Assembly (NCBI GenBank): GCA_951406725.2
Contig: OX597814.1
Location: forward strand, 187,054,001 to 187,118,000
Length of the DNA stretch: 64,000 bases
Direction of reading: 5' to 3'
DNA from: Octopus vulgaris
Taxonomy: Eukaryota
This document shows, in pieces, positions 23,843 through 38,470 of this stretch (the stretch's first letter is position 1; each line of letters opens with the position of its first letter). The position numbers and the translations under genes were made by a program. The notes below the pieces were generated by a model. It was not told the DNA's origin and did not search any database. It saw only the letters and a list, made by a program, of their open reading frames with translations.

Positions 23843-24718
23843 TCAGTGACAAACACAAAGACACAAACACACACACACGCATGTGCAATGAGTTTCTGTA
23901 TAGCTTTTACCTGCCAAATTCATTCATAAGGCAGTAGGGCTGAATCTAAAACCATGTGTAGTACAAGATTAAATATATATTCTTACATAAAATTTATTAA
24001 TTCTTATTCACAAAGCTGGATTAAGGATAAATAATACCCCAAAGTACAGCCCCAAAATGGTGTCCCATTGACTCAACATGACTCTGAAATACAAGTGCCA
24101 AATGTGAAATAGATTAAAAATTCAGTTGTCTTCCAGGCCAGATCCCATAAGTATATTAAATATACCCCTTTTTTGTGGTAGGGGGTTTAATTTTATTCAT
24201 TTATCACTAAATAGTTGTAAGCAGCAGAAGCAAATTATTTATTATGACTAAGGCAACATAAAAACAATGCAAATTTTTAACATATTTTTTTACTCATTGA
24301 AAAAATTATTATTCTTTACTGTATGCACTATTATAAATCCAGAAAAAAAAATAAATGGGAAGAGCTCTATGGGTTGCCTTCCTTCATAAAGTTCTTGTTT
24401 CTAAATACCTCTGGGTCAGAGATAATAAAGGGATTTTTGTCTAGTTACTTAAATTTATCAAAATAGCAGTAAAGTTTCCCTCTGAAAGTCCCTACTACTG
24501 TTTTCAAAATGAGAATCACATGTGCTAGCATCTAGATCTTAATGATGATGAAGATGTGGTGATGGTGGTCGTGATGATGATGATGATGACGACAACAATA
24601 ACAATGATGATGATGATAGTTATGGAGTGGTCGAGCTGCTGCTGCTGATACTGCTAAACATATTTACTAAAATAAACCCTCCATGCTGCCACTGCCACCC
24701 TTCATCATCATCATCATC

Positions 24719-24751
<33 letters not shown>

Positions 24752-25764
24752 TATAACAACAGCAGTTTTTGCTTGTTTATACAGAACAACTTGATAAAGT
24801 TTGGCACTGTCCCAGATCTGCATAGGATGGGCAGACATGTAGCAGGTTGATCCTAATGATATTCAGTAATAATTTCTCTATCTATGAAGAATGTATAAGG
24901 AATTCAAATTGCTTCACTCTTTTCTAACACCAAAGTAGGAGCAAAATGACTGAATGAATAACATTTTAGAGAACGTTCGGTTAGATGTACAGATTTTCTG
25001 TGGTGTATTTAGGCACTTAATTCTACCTGTCTCAATCCACTTGTCATGAATAATTTAAAATCATCTCACAATGTTATTTGAGAAGGACTAGAACTCCATC
25101 TACCAAATAATTTAACTCTTGTTTATTTTACACCTTGTCTATATGAGATACTTGGTCCAACATGGGTGTAGCCATGGCTATGTGGTTAAGAAGCTTGCTT
25201 TGCAACTGCATGGTTTCAGGTTCAGTCTCATTGTAGAGAACCTTAGGCAAACATATTTCTTATCATAGCCTTAAGCCAGCCAAAGCCTTGTGAGTGAAAT
25301 GTGGCAGGTGGAAACTGTGTGGAAACCCAGGAGAGAAACTAATTTGGTTGAACTTTAGGCTTAATCCATCTTAGTTTGCCACCACCTATCTGGCTAATGA
25401 GTGGCTTAGCAGTGTGTACTCAGCACAAATCTCTGGTTTTCAGAATAACCTCATTGTTTTCTTCAATCAGTATTGAAAACTTTATAAAAGATTTTAGTCA
25501 CTGCCATAAATAAAATATGAAGTCCTCAACACTTTTCAAAAGACTTTATAAACACCATCACTGCACAATGCATTATTCTGACATTATAGTTGCAATACGT
25601 CTACTTAGAACTACGACAATACTATCACGTCACTTAGCTTATTAACCCTATAATGCATATAGCTTTTTGTGGTGGCCTTGTCAGCAATGTTATTATGCCA
25701 TTGTGTTCCTAGTTAAACCATCTCAATGTAAATATCCAGAAATGCAAAATCGCTGCACCCACAA

Positions 25765-25952
25765 ATATTTCTTTATTGCCCACAAGGGACTAAACATAGA
25801 GGTGACAAACAAGGACAGACAATGGGATTAAGTCGATTACATCGACCCCAGTATGTAACTAGTACTTTATTTATCGACCCTGAAAGGATGAAAGGCAAAG
25901 TTGACCTCGGTGGAATTTGAACTCAGAATGTAACGGCAGACGAAATACAGCT
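25765..25952 (-). mobile_element. SINE family B, 5'-truncated
   Basis: Reverse complement of 46390-46620. Confidence 0.85.
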
Positions 25953-28559
25953 AAAATTGCACAGTAATATATCTTTCTTCTATAAAGCAACAAGCTCACT
26001 CAAATTACATACAATGGTAATCTTTCTCTTTTGGAACAGTCAACTTCTTGAAACTATTTAAATGGTATATCTTTCATCTATGCGACTATCAGTTACCTGC
26101 AATTTGGGTGGTTGACTTAATCTGGCACCTGAGTACCTTTAGTGGAGTCCATTCTGTTGCAAGCATTTGAGCCAGATTTCCAATCTGAGGATATTTCCCT
26201 GCCTTCCTTTTCCCCATCAGCTTTGAAGGTTGCCTAAAGGGTCATGGACAGTGAACCTAGTAGTTCCATCCGCTTAAGAACATTGGTGAAAGCAATATTG
26301 TTGCACTTAACATAGTCAAAACCTTTAACTATATTTTGTATGAGAATTCTCTGGTTTAGTTGTTTGAGTATGGTCTTCATCAAGCTCTCATTTCTTGAAC
26401 TGGAAGCTCCCTGTCAGACTGCATCATTGCAGTATGCACTGATGGGATTGTGTTTCACCCATACTATTAATGATGATGTACCTAAAGTTTGGTTATGCCT
26501 TGCACACTGCTTTTTTAGAAATTAGCAACCCCTAATTATTGTCATTTTAAACAAAGCATATTGCTACACTGATGAAACCATTATTCTTTCCTCTTTAGCC
26601 ATCTAAATACAGGCCATCTAGATACAACATAAACTCCTCTCAATATACATGAATATAGATTTAAGAATATTCTTTCATGGGAGCATGACAACTCTGTCTC
26701 TTTCAGCAGAACGAAGATGTATGTATGTGTGTGTGTGTGTATGTGTGCATGCATGTGTTGGATCACTTGTGAGGTCTTTCATGAGTGCTACTGGTAACAT
26801 GGAATCCAGTAAAATGTTACACTGGTCAGGCCACCAATGACAAAAGCAGCACTCCCACTAGGCTTTCCTGGTGAAGAGGGTTGCTAGAAACCCAGTAGGA
26901 CTAAAATCAAGACCTGTCAAAAAAAAAAAAAATTGAATCTAGAGTGGCTGAATAAGGCCCTCAGAAATTCCAGGTTGATGATCTGGCATTTCATGTCTTT
27001 ATGTTCTGAGTTCGAGTTCTGCCAATGTCAATTTTGCCTTTCATCCTTTCAGGATCAATAAAATAAGTACTGAGGTCAATATAATTGACTTCCCTATCCC
27101 TTCAAAAACTGCTGGGCTTGTGCCAAAATTTGAAACCATTATTAATGCACACTTCAACATGGTGCTTATTTATGGTAAAGTGGACTGGCTACTCGAAAGC
27201 TAAGTAAATTAACTAAAGACACAGTATACAGTACCAGTTATAGCTCCAAAATTTCAGATAGCTGTTTTCCCTACGGACACACAAGCATATCTAAACATAC
27301 AGACTTCAGTGTTCACTCTTTTGTCTGCTATTGTAACTATTCTACCAGCTTTTACTGTACAGCATTCATTAAAATGTTTAGATAATAGGGCTTCATTGAT
27401 AAATTATTATTGTTCAAGTGATACTGACTAAAGTTATGTTTAAACAAATAACATCAAAACAAAAATAAATGAGTAAACAAAAAGGTAATTAAATCTAGTT
27501 TTGAGGAATCCTTGCAAAACTATTTTAAATGAAAATTATTCAATTTTATATAATAGTTTTATTCATAGTTAAGAAACTTCCCATTTATTGAAGAGGAAAA
27601 CTGGGAAATTATCAAGATTATGTCTTTCACAAATACATTAGTGAACAAGGAGAATGAAAACCAAGTTACAATGCAATTTAGCTGAGAAAACTGCCAGACC
27701 ATGGCATCGACAATATTTATTGTTATGTAATTTTTGGTATATTGTATATCCAGCATGATTCTACTTTAAGTATAAAACTTTGCTTTTGGCATTATACATA
27801 CACAAAAACATAAAGTATTCCCCCCTCTTCACTCAAGCTATTATCAATGTTGTCTTATTCTTATTATCAATAAAACCAGTTGACAGTTATAACTGAAGTC
27901 AATACAATGTTAACTTTAGCGACTGTTACCATAGTAATGTGAGAAGATTAGACAATATATCAGTTATTTCATTCATTTAGTTGTTCTAGAACATTCAGAT
28001 GTAAGTTTTCAATAATTACTGCTTATAAAGAAGCTGGAGAATAGGTGATGGTCTTCTAAGGGCAAGTTATCTGTTAGTGATTAGCATCTTGTGTAAGGAT
28101 ATTTAACTTGTGCTCACTTAACAGTACAGAAACTAGTGTTAAACCCTGGCCTTATTGACCACTGGAGTTTGTGAAGAGATTAAGTATTAACTAATATAGT
28201 GGATTAGATAACAATAGCTGGTTATTTGTTTATTCCCAAACATGTTTAAATTACTGTATTAATGATAATCCTCTGACATTCTGAATCTGTTTAATCAATG
28301 TATCTGCGTATTAAATATGAATGATTCATCTAGGAAAGCTAATGCTGAATTTGTAGTGATTAAGGTATTGCACTAATGAAGTAAAGTATGTTTGAAAACT
28401 GAATAAATTCTATGCAGTTGGAATGTAGGGGTTTCAATACCTAAATGCTTATGAAATTAAACCACTAACTTTTGTTTTGTTATTACTGTGAAGCCCCAGA
28501 TAATCTCTGATCAAGTAGTCCTATGAAAAGCTGGTTGTAATCCACCAATGTGCTGTTCC

Positions 28560-28916
28560 AGTTATACCCCTGCTGCTGCTGAGACCCCTTCGCTCATGAC
28601 TGACCGTAGAATTGTACCTAGAAAGTTACCCTCCCAGGCACAAGTCTGGGCAAGGTTGTTTATGGAAGACCAGCAGTCGCCCATGCATACCGGCCTCCTC
28701 TCTCCATGCCACCAATGTATCCAAGAGAAAGGCAAAGGGGCCGATACAGCTTGGCACCTGTGATGTCGCAACTCATTTCTACAGCTGAGTGAACTGGAGC
28801 AACGTGAAATAAAGTGTCTTGCTCAAGAACACAGCTCACAGCCCGGTCCGGGATTCGAACTCACAACCTCACGATTGTAAGCTCGACACTCTAACCACTG
28901 AGCCATGCGCCTTCAC
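28560..28916 (-). mobile_element. tRNA-derived SINE family C
   Basis: Minus strand GGCGCATGGCTCAGTGGTTAG (A box)...GAGTTCGAATCCC (B box)...TTGAGCAAGACAC...CCAGTTCACTCAGCTGTA; related decayed copies near 37811, 39600 and 46640. Confidence 0.85.
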
Positions 28917-29394
28917 ATACCATGCCCCTATCTAACAGAGAACCATATTGTACATTCTGACATGCTGTAATGAATCATACCGGATGTAATGTGGCAGTCT
29001 GAACATATTGCACCCTCTTCACTGTCCAATCCATTGTTGAGAGCCTATAGGTTATGGTGGTAGCCACTGTAGAGATGAGTGAAAATAGACTGTCAGAACA
29101 AGACACCTGCTGTTTCTCCACACTTGTTGCTTGTGTTGCTCCTTGCAGCACATTATTGCGGCTGATGCAACCATTAATGCTAAAGCTATTTCTCTGTGCA
29201 TGAATTTCTTTTTGTTTTTTTTTTGTTTTTGCATGGGTTGAGTGGGGAGCATATTTTTCAGTATGGTTAGTGGGTGTTATTTGGGTGTCTTTGTAATAAA
29301 AGGGTATTTTTTATATCTTGGCAGGAACTAGAAGGGTTGAAATTTCCCCTCGTAATAAACTATCCCCCACCCTTATATGTCCTACTGGTCTCTT

Positions 29395-29794
29395 ACTCTC
29401 TTTTACTCTTTTACTTGTTTCAGTCATTTGACTGCAGCCATGCTGGAGCACCACCTTTAGTCAAGCAAATTGACCCCAGGACTTATTCTTTGTAAGCCTA
29501 GTACTTATTCTATCGGTCTCTTTTGCCGAACCACTAAGTTATGGGGACGTAAACACACCAGCATTGGTTGTCAAGCGATGTTGGGGGAACAAACACAGAC
29601 ACACACACATACATATATATATACATATATACGACGGGCTTCTTTCAGTTTCCGTCTACCAAATCCACTCACAAGGCTTTGGTTGGCCTGGGGCTATAGT
29701 AGAAGACACTTGCCCAAGGTGCCACACAGTGGGACTGAACCCAGAACCATGTTGTTGGTAAGCAAGCCACTTACCACGTAGCCACTCCTGCGTC
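29395..29794 (-). mobile_element. SINE family A
   Basis: Reverse complement of the family A consensus. Confidence 0.92.
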
Positions 29795-29845
29795 TTTCAT
29801 TTTTAGCACTTTTTTTTCCTTGTACAGGTCTAAGGATGCACTATT

Positions 29846-30229
29846 ACTCTTTTACTTGTTTCAGTCATCTGACTGCGGCTATGCTGGAGCACCGCCTTTA
29901 GTCGAGCAAATCGACCCCGGGACTTATTCTTTGTAAGCCCAGTACTTATTCTATCGGTCTCTTTTGCCGAACTGCTAAGTGACGGGGACGTAAACACACC
30001 AGCATCGGTTGTCAAGCAATGCTAGGGGGACAAACACAGACACACAAACACATACACATATATATATACATATATACGACAGGCTTCTTTCAGTTCCTGT
30101 CTTCCAAATCCACTCACAAGGCATTGGTCGGCCCGGGGCTATAGCAGAAGACACTTGCTCAAGATGCCACGCAGTGGGACTGAACCCGGAACCATGTGGT
30201 TGGTTAGCAAGCTACTTACCACACAGCCA
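29846..30229 (-). mobile_element. SINE family A, tandem with the previous copy
   Basis: Reverse complement of the family A consensus. Confidence 0.92.
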
Positions 30230-30817
30230 AGTGTGATCATTGTGATTTATTTAGTGTTCTTCGTAGTTTATTTCAGTTTATGGTGGAGGGATTAGGAGCC
30301 TAGGCTCTAATGAAGGATCTAATGTATTGTTTGTACACCATTACTGTTGTTTCTCTTAGTTGACCAGTTGACCAAATGCTTGCATACTGTTTTGCATTCT
30401 TTTACTGTGTGTCCTATGCATGTTATGAATGTTGTGGAGTTGTATGTAATTCCTAATAGTTTTGTCTCCTCTGTATGTGTGTGTGTGTATGTGTGTGAGA
30501 ATGAGAGAGAGAGTTGTCAATAAATGTAATGGTTGATTGTATTTGATGTTCTCTGGTGTTGCTGGTAAAGAAAAGTCAGTAGATTTATGAAGTGCTGCTT
30601 TGCAAGTCTGTTGTTTCAGAGCAAGTTTTTGAGGTGATTGATGTAGGGTTATTGTGTGGCTGCATTTGTAGAACAGTAAGGAAAAGTGAATGTGATGCAA
30701 TGTTTACATGTGACCGTGTATATTCTGAGAAGTATTGAAAGGTTGTGTCAGTATAAGTTGAAAGAAATGATTGGAAAGACATCTTTGTGTTACTCCATTT
30801 AGTAAATACAAGCTTTA

Positions 30818-30928
30818 GAAGTGTTATTTTAGTACAAAACAAGTTGGAAGTGTTATTTTAGTACAAAACAAGTTGGAAGTGTTATTTTAGTACAAAACAA
30901 CTTGGAAGTGTTATTTTAGTACAAAACA
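30818..30928. repeat. 29-bp tandem repeat, about 3.8 copies
   Basis: GAAGTGTTATTTTAGTACAAAACAAGTTG units at 30818, 30847, 30876 and 30905. Confidence 0.95.
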
Positions 30929-31171
30929 TAAGCTTAGTAACCAAGCAAGTAGTTTGTTAGCAAATGTTATGTTTTCTAAGGAGTTGATGAATATTTTGTA
31001 TATTGTTGGACAAAAATGGGGTGAAGTTGAAACCTTTACTGATGCTGATGGTAGCTAGAATGGTTTGCGTTGGAGGTTTTCTTGTTGAAGTGTTATATTA
31101 TGTGAATTTTATAGTACAGGTACAGATAGTTGTAGATGTTGGTGAGTCCAGTGATTCCTTTAGGCGTCAGA

Positions 31172-31391
31172 TCAGTAGTTCCCAAACACTTTCAGGCTGC
31201 TGCCCCCTTGGCAGCCAGGCCACATTCCTAGCATCCTCGCCCACCTCAAATGTAGACTGCTTTCAAAACAACTGTATTTCATAAATAAAACTTAAACCTA
31301 CACCTATCACCCCGTTTTGGGTACCCCATTATCATCCCACTTTTCTTCAATGCACCCCTGGATCTTTCCACTGCCCACTTTGGGACCCGCT
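31172..31391. mobile_element. hAT (Charlie-like) MITE
   Basis: Imperfect TIRs CAGTAGTTCCCAAA / TTTGGGACCCGCTG. Confidence 0.55.
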
Positions 31392-31975
31392 GCTTTAGAG
31401 GATTTAGGTTTACATTTGTGATTTTCTCTAGCCCTGATGTTCTTGAGACTTCAGGTTTCCCCATAACTTTTCTTGTGTTTGATGGAAAGGTTGCTTCAAA
31501 ATCATTATCTAGGTAAAGGAATGTATTTTTTTGTATTGTGTTCCCCATCTTTTATGTGTAGTTTTTGGTGATAGATTTTTGAGAAATTGCTAAATGCATT
31601 TACTAAGTGATGAAGTCTGAGTATTCTATTTAAGGTTGTTGTGATGTGAGAAGTGGTGTGGCCATTGGTGTTATTGCTGTTGTTGTTATCATCATTGTTG
31701 ATAATGCTAAATATTCTATAGAGTGTTCTAGCTTGTCTATTACAGATAACATTCCCAGTTCTAAATATTTCTCACATTTAGGATTACATGTATATCTTGT
31801 CCACATATAAAGGAAACCTCAGCAATAGATAACAGTAAATTCAGTGAGTTTTGTATCCAACATAAACCACAAAGCAAACTTTTGGTTAACATCTACTCCT
31901 AGAGTTTCCTTGTATAACTGGATTTGGCGATTTTTTTTCATCCGTCTTCCCTTCTTTGGATCTTTCCCTTTTCTA

Positions 31976-32012
31976 TGTTTCTGACGAAGACCTCCGCTCG
32001 AAATGTTAAATC
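31976..32012 (+). ncRNA. Degenerate minimal hammerhead ribozyme
   Basis: ttt-CTGACGA-aGAcC tcc GCTC-GAAA-tg-TTA-aa; one stem II mismatch and C>T after GAAA; pyrimidine-rich pseudo-LTR-like context. Confidence 0.55.
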
Positions 32013-33793
32013 CTCCTTTCTTTCCTTTCCTGAGTGTCCAATAACTCTATACTTGTTCCACGTCCTTGTGTGTTTTCATGTTTGGATAGGATATACATAT
32101 AATTTCAAATGACCTAGTTTATTTAGATGTGGGAAAAATGTAAAAGATTTTCTGGAAATGTTACCTGTTGTAGAACGGGAAATAGATGCATATTCCAATT
32201 GTTTAACCCCTTTGATAATAAATCTAACCAGGATGGTCCTGGTTCATTTAATAAACTGCCCATCAGACACTGCTTATATTGATCATATTTCATCATGATT
32301 GTCATCATTATCATAGTTTATACATCTGCTTTTCCATATTGGCATGGGTTGGATCTGACTTTTTGAGATACAGTTTTATAATTGGATGTCCTTTCTGAGA
32401 CCAATCCTTTTAGATGCCTCTTACATCATCTTGGGATATTGTGTTTGAATTAAAAAAACCTGGGATGCACACAGATAACACTGTTCATAATTAAACTATC
32501 AAAATGCAAATACATTATTAAATTGTATTAGTTATATTATATTGGAAATTAATCTCAAAAGAAAAGGGCAGAATATTCTTATGAGAAATAGTGTCATGAA
32601 AAGGTCAATGCTTCAGAACTACAGTTAAAGTAAACCCTGTGAGACTTTGGACCCTCTAGAGATATATACTTTATCTTTTAGAATTGGGACAAGTCATATG
32701 TTGCATGTATAAAAATTATATTTTACTTTACCTATGAAAGAACCTCTACACAATCACTCAACTTGATACCAACCAGATCACACCCTCTACTCAGTTTAAA
32801 AAGAAAACACAAGTTGGATATTGTAGTTCTGGATACACTCATTGTGTTGTGGTGAAGTAGGGTGAGACAGGTTCACCATAGCCGGAATGCCTTTGATCAT
32901 AAATCAGGTGCAGAGCTGACCTGGGTCAAACAGTAGCATTGTTAATTATTTGTTTGTTCATTCTTACATCTGTTTGTTCATGCTTGCATGAGTTAGATGA
33001 ATATATATCAACTCAATGGGATCATTGAGATTTGTGATGTTATATACCTTTAACATTTAAGCAGTCTTTTGATCAAAGTTAGTCCACCTATGACCAACCT
33101 ATATGTAATGGGTCACTTAACCCATTAAGATAGGTGTGATTAGAAAGAGATTTAGTTGATGTTTCTAGCAGTTCAAGCAATTGTGCTTGAGACTTCAGTG
33201 CTAACAGTGTTTAATATACTTTCTGAAGTATATCAGGCATTATTAGATATTAGATATGGTTTGAGAGACTCAGAGCACTTTTGATTCATACTTTTTATAA
33301 TACTAGAATAATTTTCTATCTATTTTACTAATAAATACACCAAAATGTATATGGAGAAATATGAGAAGTTTTTTGTGTAGGCAATAAACATTGTATTGAC
33401 TTCGGTTACAGCTGTCAGTAGGATTATTGATATGAACAGAAAGGGAAAATAGACTAACAGGTTAATAGCTGGGGACATACTTAACATTATATTTCTGTAC
33501 AATATCAAGAACAAAGTTTTATAGTTAAAACAGAGTAATGCCGGATCTACAATAAAACAAGGAAGTTAAAAAAGGAAGAGAAGTATAGAAATAGTCATGC
33601 TTATTCTTGTTTTTAATTCTATGCATTAATATTTGTGATGAACTACTTGTGTAATATCAATTTCTTCAATTATCAGATACTAAACAGCTTTTGTTAATTA
33701 CTAGTTGAGTGCTAAAACAGGCAGAATAAACAAAATTGAATAGCCATTGGAAATGATATAATCAACCTATAAGATCTGCAGCAGCAATTAGAC

Positions 33794-34136
33794 CAGTGGT
33801 TCTTAATCAGTAGTGTATTGCAGCACATGGTTGTATAGCAAGTTGTATACAGGTGCACCGTGTATTTCTTAAAACATAATTTAAGGCCGTAAGAAATCTA
33901 TATTAATGTTTGAACATCTTGAAAAGAGTGTTATCCATAAATCTATTAAATGCAAGAATGATTAATGAAACATGACAAGTAATAGTTTTGTATATATTAA
34001 GATGAGTTTTAATTTTGAAAGAGTTTTTGTTAAGTGCATTAGTAATATTTCTTTTTATTTGATCTTGAAGTATGCTAGTGGTCTTTATTATTTAACTTCA
34101 AGTGCAATACAGAGTCAAAAAGACTAAAAACCACTG
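33794..34136. mobile_element. hAT-like MITE
   Basis: TIRs CAGTGGTTCTTA / TAAAAACCACTG with TTAGA-containing flanks. Confidence 0.55.
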
Positions 34137-34149
34137 TGTTAGATTTTGC

Positions 34150-36365
34150 ATTGCCGAGGAGTTTAGATTTCAGACCAGAAGGTTGCCTAGAAGCAGACCA
34201 ATCTGGGAAAGAAGGATCTGAACGCTTAAGGATCCGTTATATGGTCAGAGATTTAGGGACATCCTAATTGAGAAATTTGGTGAAAAAGAGGAGGAACTAC
34301 AGACTTGTAACATAGAAGGCAACTGGGAATTCCTGCAGGACAGCTTGCTGAGTGCCACAGACCAAATCTGTGGCTGGTGCAAAGTCCCAACCTGAACTAG
34401 GGTGACATGGAGGTGGAACGATACTGCAGACAAGGTCATGAGAGCAAAGGAACAGGCCTGGAAGGACTGGAAGAGTGGTGGTAGCAGGGAATTATATCAA
34501 GTAGCCAGGTGGGAGGCTAGAAGACAGGAGTATTTAGCCAGGAGAGAAGCAGAGAGGAGGAAGTTTACCAATGTTCTGTGTTGTGAGGACCAGAGGCTTG
34601 AAGTGTTTCAGATAACAAGACAGAAAATTGTGATGTGGTAGGAAAGCAATGTGTTTTGCATGGATGATGGGTCACTAGCAGTGTGGGTTATGGTCTAGTC
34701 ACCCATATAGTCTATCAGGTTGTACACGAAGGAGTCATACCTAATGACTGGTGTAGCAGTACCATAGTCAGCTGCTACAAATGCAAAGGTGATGTCTTTG
34801 ACAGAAATAATTAGAGTTATCAAATTGTTATATCAGGTGATGAAAGTTACAGAGAGGGTCATAGCCCAACTAATTAGGCAGAGGATTCATCTAGATGAGG
34901 TGCAGTTTGGTTTTGTGCAGGGAGAAGCACCACAGATACTATACTTCTGGTAAGGCAGCTGCAGGAGAAGTACCTAGCCAAAGATAAACCTCTGTACTTG
35001 GCTTCTGTTGACATGGAGAAAGCCTTTGACAGGGTCTCCCAATCCCTTATCTGGTGGTCAATGTGGAAACTAGGGATAGACGAGTGGTTGCTGAGAGCTG
35101 TACAAGCTATGTACAGGGATGTTGTTGGTAAGGTGAGGGTTGGCAACAAGTATAATGATTAATTCAGAGTACAAGTAGGGGTTCACCAAGGATTAGTCCT
35201 CTTGGCAATAACAGAGGAATTTAAGACAGGCTGCCCCTGGGAACCACTCTATGCTGATGATCTTGTTCTTACAGCTGAATCACTACTAGAACTAGAGAAG
35301 ACATTTCAGGTGTGGAAGCAAGGTCTAGAATTAAAGGGCCTTAGAGTTAACCTAGCAGAAACCAAAGTCTTAGTAAATAGGAAAGCAGACAGATCAAAAA
35401 TCCCTTCAGGCAGAAAGATGCACAGGTACAATAAACACTGAAAATGTATAGAAAATAGACTCTATCAAATGCCAGGGGAGTAAGCTAGAGATAGTTCATA
35501 GCATCCATTATCTAGGTAACAAAATCAGTAGCAAAGGTGGATGCTCCAAGAGTGTAGCTAAGAATAGGCTGGGCAAAGTTCAGAGAGCTTCTACCTCTGT
35601 TGATAGAAAAAGGCATTTCCCTCAGAGTGAAAGGCAGATTATGTGATGCCTGTGTGCAAACAGCAGTGCTACACAGCAGTAAAATATGGGCTGTGACTGC
35701 AAGGACATGCAAAGGCTTGAAAGAAATGAAGCTGGCATGCTTTGCTGGATGTGCAATGTCAGTGTGCATGTACAACAGAGTGTAAGCGTCTTGAGAGAAA
35801 AGTTGGGCATAAGAGGCATTAGATGTAGTGTGAAAGAGAGAAAACTGTTCTGCTATAGTCATGTGATGCATATAGATAAAGAAGTGCCAATCTGTAACTG
35901 TGGAGAGAGCCTGTGGAAGAAGTAGACCCAGGAAGACATGAGACGAGGTGCTGAAGCAGGAGCTTTGAATGTTGGGCGTCATAGAGGAAATGACTAGTGA
36001 GACCTTTGACGATATGGCATGCTTGAGAAGACCTGTCAGGCAAAGTGAAATCGTAGTTATAGCCGATGCTGGTGTCACATAACTGGCACATAAAAAGTAC
36101 CTTTCTAGTGTTGGGCCTCACAAAGGTCATGTAGCCAATGCTGGTGTTGTGTAGCTAGCACCTGCACTGGTGACAGGTAAAAGCACCCATTACATTCTTG
36201 GAGTGGTTGGTGTTAGGAAGAGCATCCAGCTGTAGAAACCATGCCAAATCAGACTGGAGTCTGTTGCAGCCCCTCAGCTTACCAGCCCTGGTCAAACCGT
36301 CCAACCTATGCCAGCATGGTCAACAGATATTAAATGATGATGATAATGATGATAATGATGATGAT
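34150..36365 (+). mobile_element. RTE LINE, 5'-truncated and decayed (RT plus 3' tail)
   Basis: QFGF, DMEKAFDRV, GVHQG, LYADDLVL, GLRVNLAETK, RVKGRL; (GAT)n tail. Confidence 0.92.
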
Positions 36366-37810
36366 CTACACTTGTCAGCATACTGCTAAAGACCAGACTC
36401 ATTACTTATTGCATTTGAGATTTGATTAAAATTTGGGGTTGTTCCCCTGTCTTTTTCTTTTTAGATTTAGCCAAATTAGGCATTTGCATATTGGTTGTTC
36501 TCATTGCTAAAGGAATGATTTCAAATATTACAGTTTCTTGGCTTGATACATCAAAGATGGTAGTGCCTACTTTATTGTAGACTAGAATGTGTTGTACTTT
36601 CTACAGAATAGCAGCATTTTTGGTAAAGATTATTTTACAAATCTCAACCAATAGCCTTATTAGTAATGGGCTAATGAGGAACTAATTGGATAACCATAAT
36701 TAAGAGACAAATATGGAGATCTTGTAGCTTCTTCTATATCAGCTGTGAAGAAAACTAAAATAATAACAGTGAGCAGGTGTCCTATTTTTATGATATTTCT
36801 ACTAATGTTTAGGATTAAAAAAAAAAGATAAATATATTACTGACTTCATGGATTTTGAGAAAACATGAAATAATTCTTTTTTTGGAATAGGGATCTCAAA
36901 GTACATGTAAAGCTATAAACTGGGGCATGTAAATATTGGGCTGAAAAATCCTTTTGGATTGTAAAAGTCATAGGCAATGGTATTATTTATAGCTCTATGT
37001 ATGCTTCAAGATTCACTGTTCCAAAAAAGAATTATTTCACATTCTTTCAAAAGTTTATAATATTCTTATGACATCAACAACATACAATTCTTGCTGGTTA
37101 AAATAAAGTTTCTAAAATGGATAGAGGAATTCCAAAGATTGCTTTGGTTCAATGCCTGTCATATATCTACAGAAGATGTGGATTCGTGTGTCATGGACAA
37201 CCATCAACTTTTTCTATTTAAAAGAGTTTTCCATCCCAATATTTATAAGCTGCTATTTATAGCTAGCTTTCTGCATGCTTCAAGGTTCATTATTCCAAAA
37301 AAAAAAGTATTATTGCAAATATATTAGACAAAAAAAGAAAAAAAAAGAAAAGTAATAAACAGCAGGATTTTTTCATGATTTTTTAAATTTCTTCAAGTAA
37401 AATACAGACTCTTTCTCCATTTTATTTTAATTTGGCTGCTATTATTTGAAGTATTCCATTGAATTCTATTTTGGAGATATATCAATTTTGGTTCATCCTC
37501 AAATCCTTTAATTTTGTTTTGTCTGTTAAGTTTTAGATTACTTTTATGAAAGTGTGAACCTGAACTTGAAATTCATTTGAACTTAGATGTGGTTAAACAT
37601 TTTGACAATGAATCTAAATATTTAACTTACAACTCACAATAATTATACATTCTATATTATACATTTATAATTACACATTTTTAATTATACATTTTATAAT
37701 TATAATTATACATTTTAAAACAGTTGTCTATAATATTGATGGTATTCCTAATAATCTAAATAAGACCACTTTCTTTTCAGGAAAATATGGGAATAGCATT
37801 GCTACCCTTG

Positions 37811-38470
37811 TGGAGGCATGTGGTTTAGTTGTTAGGGTGTTGGACTCATGATTGTAAGATTGGGTTTTGATTCCTGGGCCAGGTAATGCATTGTGTTTTG
37901 AGCAGAAGACTTCGTTTCACATGGCTCTATTCCACTCAGCTGGCAAAAATGAGTATTCCTGCAATAGGCATAAGAGTGGCTGTATGGTAAGTAGCTTGCT
38001 TACCAACCACATGCTTCCAGGTTCAGTCCCACTGTGTAGCACCTTGGGCAAGTGTCTTCTACTATAGCCCCGGGCCGACCAAAGCCCTGTGAGTGGATTT
38101 GGTAGATGGAAACTGAAAGAAGCCCGTCATATATATGTATATATATATATGTGTGTGTATACGTTTGTTGTCTGTGTTTGTCCCCCCAACATCGCTTGAC
38201 AACCGATGCTGGTGTGTTTATGTCCCTGTAACTTAGCGGTTCGGCAAAAGAGACAGATAGAATAAGCACTAGGCTTACAAAGAATAAGTCCTGGGGTCGA
38301 TTTGCTCGACTAAAGGTGGTGCTCCAGCATGGCTACAGACAAATTACTGAAACAAGTAAAAGAGAGTAAAAGAGAGTAAAGACTGGCATCCCATCCAGTG
38401 GGGAATATATGCACCACAGAAACTAGGAAACCAGCCCTACAAGTCTATATCACTAATGAAGGAGCTTTAT
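37811..38470 (+). mobile_element. SINE family C-like copy interrupted by a family A SINE (37966-38381)
   Basis: Head GGAGGCATGTGGTTTAGTTGTTAG...TCCACTCAGCTG, then a full family A copy. Confidence 0.75.

Larger units (their letters stand above)
30250..31700 (-). mobile_element. Highly decayed retroelement remnant, possibly Penelope-like
   Basis: Strong strand bias; minus-strand peptides RSHVNIASHSLFL and TNGH..HI...KYIPY weakly resemble PLE ORF segments. Confidence 0.35.

Noticed and set aside
24541-24752. (GAT)n/(CAT)n foldback and Asp/Gly-rich ORF 24620..24838
   Set aside because: Simple triplet tracts in opposite orientation; no coding evidence.
28840-28916. tRNA gene
   Set aside because: A and B boxes are present but there is no acceptor-stem pairing and it continues into a SINE body; the same applies to 42089-42150.
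30818-30928. 29-bp repeat with CRISPR-like length and a GTTATTTTAGTAC..AAAAC look
   Set aside because: Units are directly adjacent with no spacers, there are no cas genes, and the context is eukaryotic.
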